Both the position numbers and the translations under genes were made by a program. The notes beneath the pieces were generated by a model. The model did no database searches and was not told where the DNA came from. It was given only the letters and a program-made list of their open reading frames with translations. From an uncultured Pseudomonadota bacterium (GTDB taxonomy: Bacteria; Myxococcota_A; Polyangia; Fen-1088): DNA of 64,000 bases. Shown here piece by piece: positions 32,316 to 47,299 of the stretch (positions are counted from its first letter, which is position 1; each line of letters opens with the position of its first letter). The DNA lies in the NCBI GenBank assembly GCA_963819375.1, contig CAWFVU010000004.1, positions 321,960 through 385,959 on the forward strand. The letters run 5' to 3'.

Positions 32316-32344
32316 TTGACAGGCTCGCTCGTTTCTCTTAGTTT
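32316..32344 (+). promoter_or_regulatory. candidate sigma-70-type promoter for the nuoE operon (TTGACA-N17-TAGTTT)
   Basis: Perfect -35 hexamer at 32316-32321, a 17-nt spacer, TAGTTT at 32339-32344, and the ATG of nuoE 19 nt downstream. Pattern match only. Confidence 0.45.
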
Positions 32345-32363
32345 CGCGGCGGCTTAGCCACCC

Positions 32364-32924
32364 ATGCCGCTCGAGTTTTCAGCGCAATCGAAGCAGCGGG
32401 TCGAGAGGCTGCTTTCGCGGTATCCGACCAAGCAGGCCGCGCTTTTGCCTGTGCTGCACGTCGCACAGGAAGAGTTCGGCCACCTCCCCGACGAGGTGAT
32501 CGAGCTGGTGTCGCGCACCCTCGACCTCGCGCCGGCCCACATCTACGGCGTCGTCACCTTCTACACGATGTTTCATCGCGAGAAGAAGGGACGGCACGAG
32601 CTGATGGTCTGCACCAACATCTCGTGCATGTTGAAGGGGGGCTACGGCATCCTCAAGCACATCGAGGGGCGGCTCGGGATCAAGGCCGGCGAGACGACGC
32701 CGGACGGAGCCTTCTCGATTGTCGAAGAAGAGTGCCTGGCGGCCTGCGCCAATGCCCCGATGATGATCTGCGGCGACAACTACTTCGTCGACTTGACGCC
32801 CGAGAAGGTCGACGTCGTGCTCGACGAGCTGCGCAAGCGGTTCCGGGAGGACCAGAAGACCGAGAAGTCGGCGACGCTCAACCGGACGATGTTCGGCATG
32901 GGCCCAGGCGGAGAAAAGGTCTGA
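32364..32924 (+). CDS. nuoE: NADH-quinone oxidoreductase subunit E
   Basis: ..LLPVLHVAQEEFGHLP.., 2Fe-2S ligand context VCTNISC..C..C. Confidence 0.95.
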   Translation: MPLEFSAQSKQRVERLLSRYPTKQAALLPVLHVAQEEFGHLPDEVIELVSRTLDLAPAHIYGVVTFYTMFHREKKGRHELMVCTNISCMLKGGYGILKHIEGRLGIKAGETTPDGAFSIVEEECLAACANAPMMICGDNYFVDLTPEKVDVVLDELRKRFREDQKTEKSATLNRTMFGMGPGGEKV

Positions 32925-32925
32925 C

Positions 32926-34316
<1,391 letters not shown>

Positions 34317-34320
<4 letters not shown>

Positions 34321-34949
34321 GCTTCCTCTCCCCGGAAGGCGCCTCGACCGGCGACGCGGTCGTCTTCTGGATTCTCGCCGCGATGGTCGCGTTCTTCGCG
34401 GTCTTCACCATCACCCGCAAGAACCCGGTCACGGCGGTCATGTCGCTGGTGGGCACGTTCTTCGGGCTGGCCGCGATGTACGCCACGCTGTCGGCGCACT
34501 TCCTGGCGGTCCTGCAGGTGCTGGTCTACGCGGGCGCCATCACGGTGCTCTTCATCTTCGTGGTCATGATCCTGAACCGCGAGGAGGTGACGCCGCTGTC
34601 GTACCGCCCGCTGCGCGTGCTGGGGGTGCTGGCGGGCGTCTATCTGTTCGTGAAGGTCGTCGACATCGTGGCGGTCGGGATGCCGACCGGGGCGCCGCCC
34701 GCCCCGTCGGAGACCTTCGGAACGGTCGCCGCCGTCGGCGATCTGCTGTTCCGTGACTTCCTCTATCCGTTCGAGGCGATCTCGATCCTGCTCCTCGTCG
34801 CCATCGTGGGCGGCGTCGTCATCTCGCGCTCCCACCAGAAAGAGGTCGCCGCCAACGTCGCCGCCGACTACCGCAAGCAGATCCACGAGCTGGCCAGCCA
34901 CGACTACCCGGGCGCGGCCGAGGAACCGGCGCCCGAAGGGCACCACTAG
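34317..34949 (+). CDS. nuoJ: NADH-quinone oxidoreductase subunit J
   Basis: GTG at 34317 overlaps the nuoF stop (GTGA). VVFWILAAMVAFFAVFTITRKNPVTAVMSLVGTFFGLAAMY..VLVYAGAITVLFIFVVM. It is the tail of shadow ORF 33144..34949. Confidence 0.9.
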
Positions 34950-34957
34950 GTCCGCCA

Positions 34958-35257
34958 ATGCCGACGACTTACTACCTGATCCTCTCGTTCGCGCTGTTCC
35001 TGATCGGAACGACGGGCGTGTTGCTCCGCCGAAACGCGCTCATCGTCCTCATGGCGATCGAGCTGCAGTTGAACGGCGGCAACCTGGCGTTGATCGCCTT
35101 TTCGCGCCAGCTGGGCGATCTCAAGGGGCACGTGTTCGCCTTCCTGATCATCGCGCTGGCGGCGGCCGAGGCGGCGGTGGGGCTGGCGATCCTGGTCGGT
35201 CTTTTCCGGGGACGGCAGACCGTCAACCTCGACGAAATCACCTTGATGAAGCGCTGA
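34958..35257 (+). CDS. nuoK: NADH-quinone oxidoreductase subunit K
   Basis: 99 aa with the typical LMAIELQLNGGNL..AAAEAAVGLAIL. Confidence 0.95.
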   Translation: MPTTYYLILSFALFLIGTTGVLLRRNALIVLMAIELQLNGGNLALIAFSRQLGDLKGHVFAFLIIALAAAEAAVGLAILVGLFRGRQTVNLDEITLMKR

Positions 35258-35270
35258 GGGAGACGCGGCT

Positions 35271-39147
<3,877 letters not shown>

Positions 39148-39151
<4 letters not shown>

Positions 39152-40620
39152 CCTTCGACGTCGCCCAGATCTTCGCCTACTCGCCGATGCTGATCCTGAT
39201 CGGCATGGGGTGCGTGATCCTCCTGGCCGAGACCTTCATCCAGGGCAAGGCGCGCTCCGGGCTGGCCTGGCTGGGCGTCGCCGGCTGCGTGGCGGCGCTG
39301 GCGGCGATCGTCGCCGCCTGGGGCGACGCCGCGACGCCGACCTCGCACTTCGACGGGATGCTGACCGTCGACCGGATGGCGCTCTACCTCGACGCCGCCT
39401 TCGTCGTGGCCGCGCTGCTGACGTTGCTGTTCGCGCCCCCTTACCTGCGCGAGCAGGGGTTCGAGTTCGGCGAGTTCTACGCGCTGGTGCTGTTCGCCAC
39501 CGCCGGCATGGTGATGGTCGTGCACGCGACCAGCCTGGTGTCGCTGCTCATCGGCATCGAGACGATGTCGCTGGCCGCCTACGTCCTCACCGGCTGCGCG
39601 CGCCGCAGCCTGCGCAGCGCCGAGGGGGCGATGAAGTACTTCCTCATGGGCGCCTTCGCCACCGGCTTCCTGGTCTACGGCATCGCGCTGGTCTACGGGG
39701 CCACGGGCGGCGAGTTCAACTACGCGGGGATCGCCGCCAAGACGGCGGAAGCCAGCAAGATGCCGATCTTCTACCTCGGCGAGTACTTCATCCTGATCGC
39801 GCTGGTGTTCAAGGTCGCCGCCGTCCCCTTCCACATGTGGGCGCCCGACGCCTACGAAGGGGCGCCCACGCCGGTCACCGGCTTCATGGCCGCCGGCGTG
39901 AAGGCGGCCGCCTTCGGCGCGCTCATTCGACTTCTGGGCACCGCCTTTTCGAGCCCGCTGATGGTCTTCGACTTCACCGGCTGGGCCTCGGCGCTGTCGG
40001 TGCTGGCGGCGCTGACGATGACGCTGGGGAACCTGGCGGCGATCCGCCAGGACAACATCAAGCGGATGCTCGCCTACTCGTCGATCGCGCACGCCGGCTA
40101 CCTGCTCATCGGCGTGGTCGCTTCGGGCTTGGGCGTCGCCGACGCCAAGCCCGCCGTGCTCTTCTACCTCCTCGCCTACACCTTCACGACGCTGGGCGTG
40201 TTCGGCGTGGTGGCCTGGATCGGCAACCGCAACGACGAGCGCCTCTACATCGACGACTGGGCCGGGGTCGGCGCCGCGCGTCCAGCGGTGGCGCTGGCGA
40301 TGACGCTCTTCCTGCTGTCGCTCGGCGGCGTGCCGCCGGTGGGCGGCTTCTTCGCCAAGTTCTATCTCTTCCGCGCGGCGATGCAGGCGCCCCAGCTCTA
40401 CTGGCTGGTCGTGGTCGGCGTCCTCAACAGCCTGGTGAGCGTCTACTACTACCTGCGCGTGGTCGTGGCGATGTACTTCCGCGACGCCGCCCGCCCGTTC
40501 TCCCCGATCGACGCCCCCTCGATGCGCGCCGGGCTGTTACTGACCGCGCTGGTGGTCGTTCTCCTGGGCGTCTTCCCCAGCAGCTTCGTCGACTGGGCCG
40601 GCTCGCTCGGCCTCAAGTAG
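39148..40620 (+). CDS. nuoN: NADH-quinone oxidoreductase subunit N
   Basis: 490 aa (..PFHMWAPDAYEGAPTPVTGFMA..). ATGA overlap with nuoM. Confidence 0.95.
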
Positions 40621-41195
40621 CGGCGATGGTTTTCCTAACTCGGTTGGCCCTGGCGATGTCGGCCGTCGCCGGCTGCCAAGTTGGCCATCGCCGGCGTCGA
40701 CAGTAAGCGCACGTCGGCACCGCGCCCACTCGGGCCTGCGATACCACAACACGGAATCGTCCGGAACGCCAGGGACGCCACCGCTCCCGAACCATTGGAC
40801 AGCTCAGCGTGGACTCGGCAGGTGACCCGTCGTCCCAGACGCTGATTGAGCCGGCGACGAGCCCTGGGACGGGCCCCTCGGCACACGGGCCAACGAGGGC
40901 GATGAAGCACGGCGCGTGAGCTGTCAGGCTGGAGATGGCGGAGACAGGTTGCTCGTACGTGACCCTCGCCCCCGCCAGCCGGACAGTAGTAGACGCCGTG
41001 AGCAACTGCTGCTATCCGCGACCCGTTCGCTCCGAACGCGACAATCGCCGTCGGGAAAGACCATGATCGCCATCCCATGACTGGGTGCGGAGCAGAGATT
41101 GTGCCACCGGCCCAAGTGCGATCCTCCCGCGAGCTCTGGTAGCCCGCCCTCGCTTGCTGTCAGACTCACGTCCGACGCGAGAACTCGGCAGATCG

Positions 41196-42030
41196 TCAGC
41201 GGCGACGGACGCCGAGGACGTTGGGGATGGGCGACTGGGCCGGCACCGCCATCGCTCTCCAGCGCCCCGGTCTCGAAGCTGCCGTTCAGATCGAGGTTCA
41301 CGCCGCCTGCGTGAATCGACAGGCTGGCCGGCGGACCGCCGTCCATGTGCATCGCCGCGTCGATCGCCAGCGGCAGTGCGAGCAAGATGTCGGTGAGCTC
41401 CTTCATCGTGTAGGGGTAGCGACTGAAGATGAAGAGCAGGCGGCCTTGCCGGTCGACGGCGACGGCCGCCTCGCTCCAGCGGCGCTCCTGCTGCCCCCAG
41501 ACGCTTCGCCCGGCCTTGATGAGGCGGAGGTTCTGGACGACCGTCCCGTAGTCCGCGAGGCGCGCCTTGGCGGCCGGATCCTCGAGATCGGCCATCACCA
41601 GTGCGGGCGCACCTCTCTCGAGCGGGCCGAAGCCGAGCGCCGCCTTGTACTTGGCCGCCCAGTGCCCGTTGTTCACGTACCCTGGGCTGCGCGCATAACC
41701 GGTGTTCGTTCGCCGGTCTGTTTCGAACATCCCCATGTTGATGGCGACGGCCAGGTGACGTTCACGGCACCATTGCGCAGCGGTGCGCGGGCGGGCGTCT
41801 CCCGCGCCTGCCATGATCGCCTCCAGCGACCGGAGCTTGGGATCGACGCGGACCAGATGAACGTGGTCGTCGATTGGCAGCGGCAGCGGCCTGGGACCGG
41901 GCGCCTCGACGGTCGCGTACGCGATCCCCGGTTCGAGCTCCGTCCATTTGAGCTCCGCTTGCGACGCCGAGCTGGACGCCAGGGAGCCTGCCAGGGTCGC
42001 GAGTCCAAGCAGCATGCCTCGAACGCGCAT
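41196..42030 (-). pseudogene. phosphodiester glycosidase (NAGPA/DUF2233) family secreted protein; probable +1 frameshift near the C-terminus
   Basis: Signal peptide MRVRGMLLGLATLAGSLASSSASQA. Family-like AINMGMFE.. and ..AMHMDGGPPASLSI... After ..DGGAGPVA (~41230, a CCC run) ORF 40924..42030 turns into Arg/Ser junk. The +1 frame reads IPNVLGVRRR-stop (TGA 41196-41198), the usual family ending. Confidence 0.6.
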
Positions 42031-42136
42031 GGGTGGACGAGTGTAACTCCGCCACAGGCGAAGACCGCTGGAGTCCCAGTCTTTCGGAGCAGATCAGCCG
42101 CAACCGGTTTATGGTCGGGCCGATAAAGCCGGACCC

Positions 42137-43047
42137 ATGACCACCAATAACAAGCTCATCCCGATCCTGCTGGCGCTTTCTCTCGCTGTCACCCTGTTGG
42201 CCTGCCCCACACGCATCATTTCCAATCCAGATGGCGGTGGAACCGGCGGAAGCGATAGCCAAACGGGCGGTCACGGCGGATCGGCCCAACCAGACGCTGG
42301 CACCGGAGGGGCAGCGGGGGTTGGTGGGATCGGGGCTGCTTTGGGCGGTGCCGGGGTGGGAGGGGCCGTTTGTCCGGTACGGGCGGGACGGCGGGCGCGG
42401 TTGGAACGGGCGGCATGGCGGGCGCGGTTGGAACGGGCGGAACGGCGGGCGCGGTCGGAACGGGCGGAACGGCGGGCGCGGTTGGAACGGGCGGAACGGC
42501 GGGCGCGATCGGAACTGGTGGCTCCCCCGCGACCTGCAACCCGGCCTGCAGCTCCTCGACGCAAACCTGCGTCGGGACAAGCTGCCTTCTCAACGACGGC
42601 CAGCCATGCGCGCTGGCTTCACAGTGCGTTTCGACCGTCTGCACACCCTTCTACATCGACCAGGACGGCGATGGCTATGGAACGGGTCCCGCGTCTGGCT
42701 TCTGCGGGACCACGGCACCGGTTGGCTACTCCACTCAAACGGGCGACTGTTGCGACACCGCCTCGAACCTGGCCCTCGCGAAACAGATCCACCCGGGCGC
42801 CGGATTCCAGACCTCTAGCGCCGGCGGCGTCTGCGGCGTCACCTGGGATTACGACTGCGATGGCACGATCGAAAAGAACTTTCAGAAATGCAACGGATGC
42901 ACCGACTATCCGCAGTGCGACTGCATGTACGTCGACTATCCCGATGGCGATTGCGGTCTGACGGAGGCCCTCGGGCAGTGCGCTCCTACTTCAGGCGCCA
43001 ACATCTGCACGAGCACCGGCAACGGGTCTGCGCTCGGATGTCGGTAG
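42137..43047 (+). pseudogene. lipoprotein with (GTGGxAGAV)n linker and MopE-like Cys-rich metal-binding-motif domain; one -1 frameshift
   Basis: ORF 42137..42961 supplies lipobox LLAC|P and a Gly-rich start. After ..GVGGAV (~42369, a TTT run) sense continues in ORF 42370..43047: SGTGGTAGAVGTGG.. then C-rich YIDQDGDGYGTG..GDCCDTASNLALAKQIHPGA..WDYDCDGT. Confidence 0.6.
42388..42522 (+). repeat. 27-bp tandem coding repeat x5 (ACGGCGGGCGCGGTTGGAACGGGCGGA)
   Basis: Five head-to-tail units start at 42388, 42415, 42442, 42469 and 42496 with 1-4 substitutions each. They encode GTGG(T/M)AGAV. Confidence 0.85.
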
Positions 43048-43227
43048 ACCGCTTTGTGACGTCGAGGCCGTTGCCAGCTCGCCTCGGGGCTATTGATAAG
43101 CACTGATTGTTGCGGCTCGCCGGAGGGCCGGTCGCGCGTGCCTCACCAGCTCGCGACCAGAATCGCTCCTAGAAGGTCTCGGCTGCCGAAGCCCGGGAAT
43201 TCCCTCTGGTAGCCCTCCGGCGGGCAC

Positions 43228-43263
43228 AAAAAAACCGGCGTCTCGCGCGAAGCGAGACGCCGG
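43228..43263 (-). terminator. rho-independent terminator of the CBM-like lipoprotein gene
   Basis: Perfect 12-bp stem CCGGCGTCTCGC / GCGAGACGCCGG (43235-43246 / 43252-43263) with a 5-nt loop. It is followed on the minus strand by T7 (A7 at 43228-43234), 42 nt after the TAA at 43305. Confidence 0.85.
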
Positions 43264-43304
43264 TTGATGACCAGCAGCTAGCGATTCGCCAGCTCGGACG
43301 CGAT

Positions 43305-44312
43305 TTACTCGACTGAGAAGCTGTCCGCGTAGACCACGGCCGGCAGTCGGGGCTGCGGGCTGGCCTGCGTCTCCGGTGGCACCGTCGCCGGTCTGAATCT
43401 CGACACCGAAGTTGACGACCTTCGAGATGTCGAAGCCCGTGCAGTGGCTGCTCGACGCCACGAGGCTGACCGTGAACTCGGTCCAGCCATTGCCGGCGGG
43501 AACGTTGGTGTACGTTCCGCAGAAGTTATAGGTGCCCGTTCCGCCATCGGTGGCGGCGGCCGTGTAGCTGCTGACGTACGGCTGGATGCCCGGTGGGAAG
43601 CTCGTGAGTCGGGTTGAGCCCCGACGCCACCTTCACGCGAACGTGAAGCGTCGTCTTTCCGGTCCAGTTCTGCAGATTCGTCGTAGCGAATCCCTTCTGG
43701 ACGTCAACGTATTCCTTGTACGCGTGGAAAGGGGCATCGACCACCAGCGCACCCGGCGTGGGATCACCCTGGGTGGCGCTCCATCCAAGTGTGGCGGCCG
43801 GGCTGGCGTCGGTGGCGACGTCCAGGCTTGCCAGCGCCTGTGTTGTAGATGTTGATGGCGAATCCTTGAAGGTTAGTGCCGCCGTCCACCGGATCGAACG
43901 TCGCGAGGGGAGTTCCCACGATCGCGCCACCGACGCCGCCGTTGCCAGCGCCGCCGCCAGCCGTGCCGCCGGCCGCCGAAGCGCCCGCCGCGCCGCCTGT
44001 CGCCGAGGATCCAGCGGTGCCGCCGGTTGCGCTGCTGCCGGCCGTGCCGCCGGTGGCGCTGGCGCCAGCCGTGCCGCCGGTTCCAGTGGTGCCGCCCGTG
44101 TGGGTGCCGCCGGTGCCCGTGCCGCCGGTGCCGGTCGTGCCACCCGTGTGGGTACCGCCGGTACCGGTGGTGCCACCCGTGTGGGTGCCGCCGGTGCCGG
44201 TCGTGCCGCCGGTGCCGCCGCCGCTGCTGCCGCCGCAGTTAACGTTCAATAAGAGGCCCGCCACACTGGCGAGGCCAGCCGCCATCACAAACCGAGATCC
44301 AAAGATTTTCAT
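43305..44312 (-). pseudogene. lipoprotein with Gly/Thr linker and carbohydrate-binding-module-like beta domain; three +1 frameshifts
   Basis: ATG 44312 with RBS AGGAG: MKIFGSRFVMAAGLASVAGLLLNVNCGG, then (GGTTGTGGTHTGG)n. Protein-like sequence hops frame at ~43839 (..FAINIYN / QALASLDVATDAS..), at ~43605 (..VKVASGLNP / LTSFPPGIQPYVSSY..) and at ~43340 (..AAPTA / AVVYADSFSVE-stop). The pieces are spread over ORFs 43764..44507, 43526..44176, 43090..43461 and 43305..43547. Confidence 0.55.
43930..44235 (-). repeat. low-complexity GGN/ACN coding repeats (Gly/Thr linker)
   Basis: Reiterated GGTGCCGCCGGTGCCGGTCGTGCCACCCGTGTGGGT-type units. Similar linkers occur in the genes at 42137 and 51121. Confidence 0.7.
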
Positions 44313-44555
44313 TTGCTGTTCTCCTAAGGATTGACGCCACCAGCCCGTTCCTGGGGGCGACGCAAAGTAACACAACTTTGACATCCTGGAATTTGAATCA
44401 CTGAGTGAAGTCCCGCTCGAAAATAAGCCAATAATTTCGGTGTGTTGCCTGGTGGCAACAGGGCCGTCCAGGCGCAACCCCGCGAATTGACCGAAAGTGC
44501 CGTTCAACGGTGATGGCCGTGCGAAATCTGATCGCCGCCAGCTCCCGCAGGGCGC

Positions 44556-46463
44556 TCACTGGTTCGTCGAATAGGCGAGCACGAAGCCGGAGTCGGCGAG
44601 CGCGCCGGAGGCGTTGAAGCAGTAGACGGTCACGCGTGTGCCGCCCGAAGATCCGGGACTCCACCCACCGACCTCACAGTATGTCGGTACGGCCCCCGTC
44701 TCTCCAATCTGGCTGGCGGAGACCACTGCGTTCGAGGACGGTCCGGATGTCACTTCGGGAAGATCCGCGTAGAAGGCACCATGGGGCATGCCCGCTATCC
44801 GCGTCACCGTACCGGACGTGTTCCAGGTCGAATCGCCGGTGACGAACCCCAAGGAATTTTCCACCTGGATCCCATTTGGAGCTCCATTGATGAGCGCCAT
44901 CGAAATGAAATAGAAGGACGGACTGGCGTTCAGCGACACGTCGCTGCAGGAGATATTGAATTCTTCGTCAGCCGGAGAGCCTGATGAATCGTAGCAATTG
45001 ACCGAGGCGTACGTATCCCCTGGAGAGTCGTAGAAGGAACCGCTCCCAACGAGGCTCGACGTCAAGCAGTAGTCCCCGGTCTGCCGTTCCCACGGCGTCG
45101 CCTCACAGGTATAGATCGATTCGCCGCCGAAGAAGCTTGCCGTACTGGGTATCACGACTGAGTACGATCCCGTTTGAGTCCGGTTGACGGCGGGCCACCC
45201 GCTCAACGACGTCCATCCCACGACCGGAAGATACGACGGTGTCGTCGGCTGATCGCACGTTGCGCGTCCGGCGGTATGCCAATAGGTTCCCGACTGTTGC
45301 ACCAGAGATACGGAAAACAGGCTGTCGGCGTAGGCTCCTGCCGAGTTAACGCAATCTACATACACCTGTTCGTCGGTCCCATTGGGGGACTGGGTCCAAA
45401 TTTGGCAACGCTCGCCCGCCGACCCGATGGCGGAGACGTGCGCGACATCGTTGCTCGCTGCGAACCCGCCGAACGTCACATTGTACCAGCCGGGCCCGTA
45501 ATGAGTCACGCTGTTCGTCCCGCCGAGTGAATTCCAAGAATAGGTCGTGTCTCCCGTCGTGTCTCCAGACAAAGACAGGGATCTCGCGAACGCCGCGGCG
45601 ATCTTGGTCGGTCCTGGATTGTTGTAGGAATTCATGACCTTCACCTCGTCGGCGTAGTAGCTGGCGAGTGTCCCGTAGTCGTTCGTGGTCAGGTTGAAGG
45701 CATAAAACAGGCCGGCGTTTCGACGGCGCGACCGATCGACGGCGATCGACATCTGTTGTTCGTCGGATAGAGAGTTCGCGATGTGCCAAATCCTCGCCGA
45801 ATTGGCTGGATCACGCTCCCACGCCCGGGTCGCGTAGTTCGGATCCCCTGAAGAGAAGAAGGATTGGTCCCAAATGTAGCCGGCCGACTCAGACGTGACG
45901 ATGATGTCGCCGATGCTCAGATACTCTTCCGGAACGGGAGCCCCCGGATTCAAAGCAACCTGCCAAGAGGCGTGAGGGCTGCTTTTAACGTCGCCGTAGA
46001 GGGTCGTGTAGTAGCTGTAGTCGATGCTGCCTGCCCCGGGGACGTCGTCGAAAAATATGCCGGATATGATCCCCGTGGTGCTGCCGATGGTGTTGTACCA
46101 AGCGTAGTAGTCGTTTATTTCTTGGTTCACTGTGCCCGGGTCGGGCTTTCCGACCGTGTCGATGTAGCCGAATATCTTAATCCCGGCGGAGTATGCAGCC
46201 AGCAAGTCGTTGTTGAAGGATCCATCGTTGGGGATCGGCCCATTCTCTGGATTGAGAATGATCACGCCTCCCGAGTTGGAGGCGGGCGCACCGGTGATCT
46301 CTCCCCAGCCTGGGTTGTAGATCGGCACACCAGTCTTCTGAGCCACGGAAACGATGGCCCCCCGCCGGGTTTCTGTGTTGGTGGGTTGTTGTTCGCGGCC
46401 AGAGAGGCAAGACGATAGCAACATGAAACCAAGGATCCCATATCGTCGAAGTGGCGCGATCAT
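44556..46463 (-). CDS. lipoprotein with N-terminal spherulin-4 / Sph3 (GH135)-like domain and large Cys-paired beta-rich C-terminal region
   Basis: Lipobox MLLSSC|LSG. VIILNPENGPI, IFGYIDT, VNQEINDYYAWY, GIFFDDVP, VALNPGAP and DIIVTSES follow the spherulation-specific family 4 pattern. GC and GC3 are visibly lower than in neighbouring genes. Confidence 0.7.
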   Translation of the reverse strand: MIAPLRRYGILGFMLLSSCLSGREQQPTNTETRRGAIVSVAQKTGVPIYNPGWGEITGAPASNSGGVIILNPENGPIPNDGSFNNDLLAAYSAGIKIFGYIDTVGKPDPGTVNQEINDYYAWYNTIGSTTGIISGIFFDDVPGAGSIDYSYYTTLYGDVKSSPHASWQVALNPGAPVPEEYLSIGDIIVTSESAGYIWDQSFFSSGDPNYATRAWERDPANSARIWHIANSLSDEQQMSIAVDRSRRRNAGLFYAFNLTTNDYGTLASYYADEVKVMNSYNNPGPTKIAAAFARSLSLSGDTTGDTTYSWNSLGGTNSVTHYGPGWYNVTFGGFAASNDVAHVSAIGSAGERCQIWTQSPNGTDEQVYVDCVNSAGAYADSLFSVSLVQQSGTYWHTAGRATCDQPTTPSYLPVVGWTSLSGWPAVNRTQTGSYSVVIPSTASFFGGESIYTCEATPWERQTGDYCLTSSLVGSGSFYDSPGDTYASVNCYDSSGSPADEEFNISCSDVSLNASPSFYFISMALINGAPNGIQVENSLGFVTGDSTWNTSGTVTRIAGMPHGAFYADLPEVTSGPSSNAVVSASQIGETGAVPTYCEVGGWSPGSSGGTRVTVYCFNASGALADSGFVLAYSTNQ

Positions 46464-46897
46464 GTTTGCTCTCCTGTACGGGGTCGTCCAATGCCGATCG
46501 TGTAGTCGGTTGTCTGAAACATTGTGAAAATGACAACCGCGAACAATAAGTAGAGAGCAAGGGCTGTCAATTGGTCATGAGTGAATGTTGCAAATTAATG
46601 CGGCCGACGATTTGTTCGTTGCAGAGGCAACCCTTAGGGAGGCGGCTCGATGGACCAAGGCCGGGAGCGAAGGTCGCCGGCCCAAGGGGATAGGAGTGGC
46701 GAGATGCCGCTTTGCGTCGACGTGCTCTCAAGGAGCGTCAGGAATCTGCCGAAGACCTCTCAAGGGTCCGTGAGCGTAGGCCAACGACGCCGCGCACGCC
46801 CCGGATCATGCCGACCCACGGAAATCCGATCGCTGAGCAAGCCCCCGCCCCCGAGGATGATGCCGACCGACGGAAATTCGACTGGCCTGGCGCGTCA

Positions 46898-47299
46898 ATG
46901 CGGGTGCGCGTCCTGATCGTCGAGGACAACGCCCTCAACCGGCTGCTGTTGCACGATCTCCTCGAGCTGCGCGGTCACGAGGTGGTGGAGGCGGCGACGG
47001 TCGACGAGGCCCGGCGCGCCCTCGACGCCGGTCGCCTCGATCTCCTGTTGCTGGACGTTCAGATTCCGGGCGGCGGCGCAGAGGCCGTGATTCGCCACGC
47101 GCGGGCGCGCGCCGACTTCGCCGAGACCCCCATCGTCGCCGTGACCTCCCTGGCCATGCCGGGCGATCGCGAGCGGCTGCTCGGCAGCGGGTTCCAGGGC
47201 TACCTCTCGAAGCCGATCGACACGCGCACCTTCGGCTCCGTCGTCGAGTCATTCCTGTTCAACCCGGAGGGCGCACGACGTGTCCGTCGCGTTGGTTGA
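46898..47299 (+). CDS. stand-alone response-regulator receiver protein
   Basis: MRVRVLIVEDNALNRLLL..LLLLDVQIPGGG..VTSLAM..GYLSKP gives the receiver Asp/Thr/Lys positions. An alternative in-frame ATG lies at 46808. Confidence 0.85.
   Translation: MRVRVLIVEDNALNRLLLHDLLELRGHEVVEAATVDEARRALDAGRLDLLLLDVQIPGGGAEAVIRHARARADFAETPIVAVTSLAMPGDRERLLGSGFQGYLSKPIDTRTFGSVVESFLFNPEGARRVRRVG

Noticed and set aside
43930-44235. GGT/ACC-rich periodic DNA considered as a non-coding satellite
   Set aside because: It is in frame with a signal-peptide-bearing lipoprotein ORF and encodes a Gly/Thr linker, so it is a coding low-complexity repeat.
44313-46650. Mobile-element hallmarks around the low-GC gene (integrase, transposase, tRNA, terminal inverted or direct repeats)
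   Set aside because: None could be found by eye in the flanks. The region is treated only as compositionally atypical, not as a defined mobile element.
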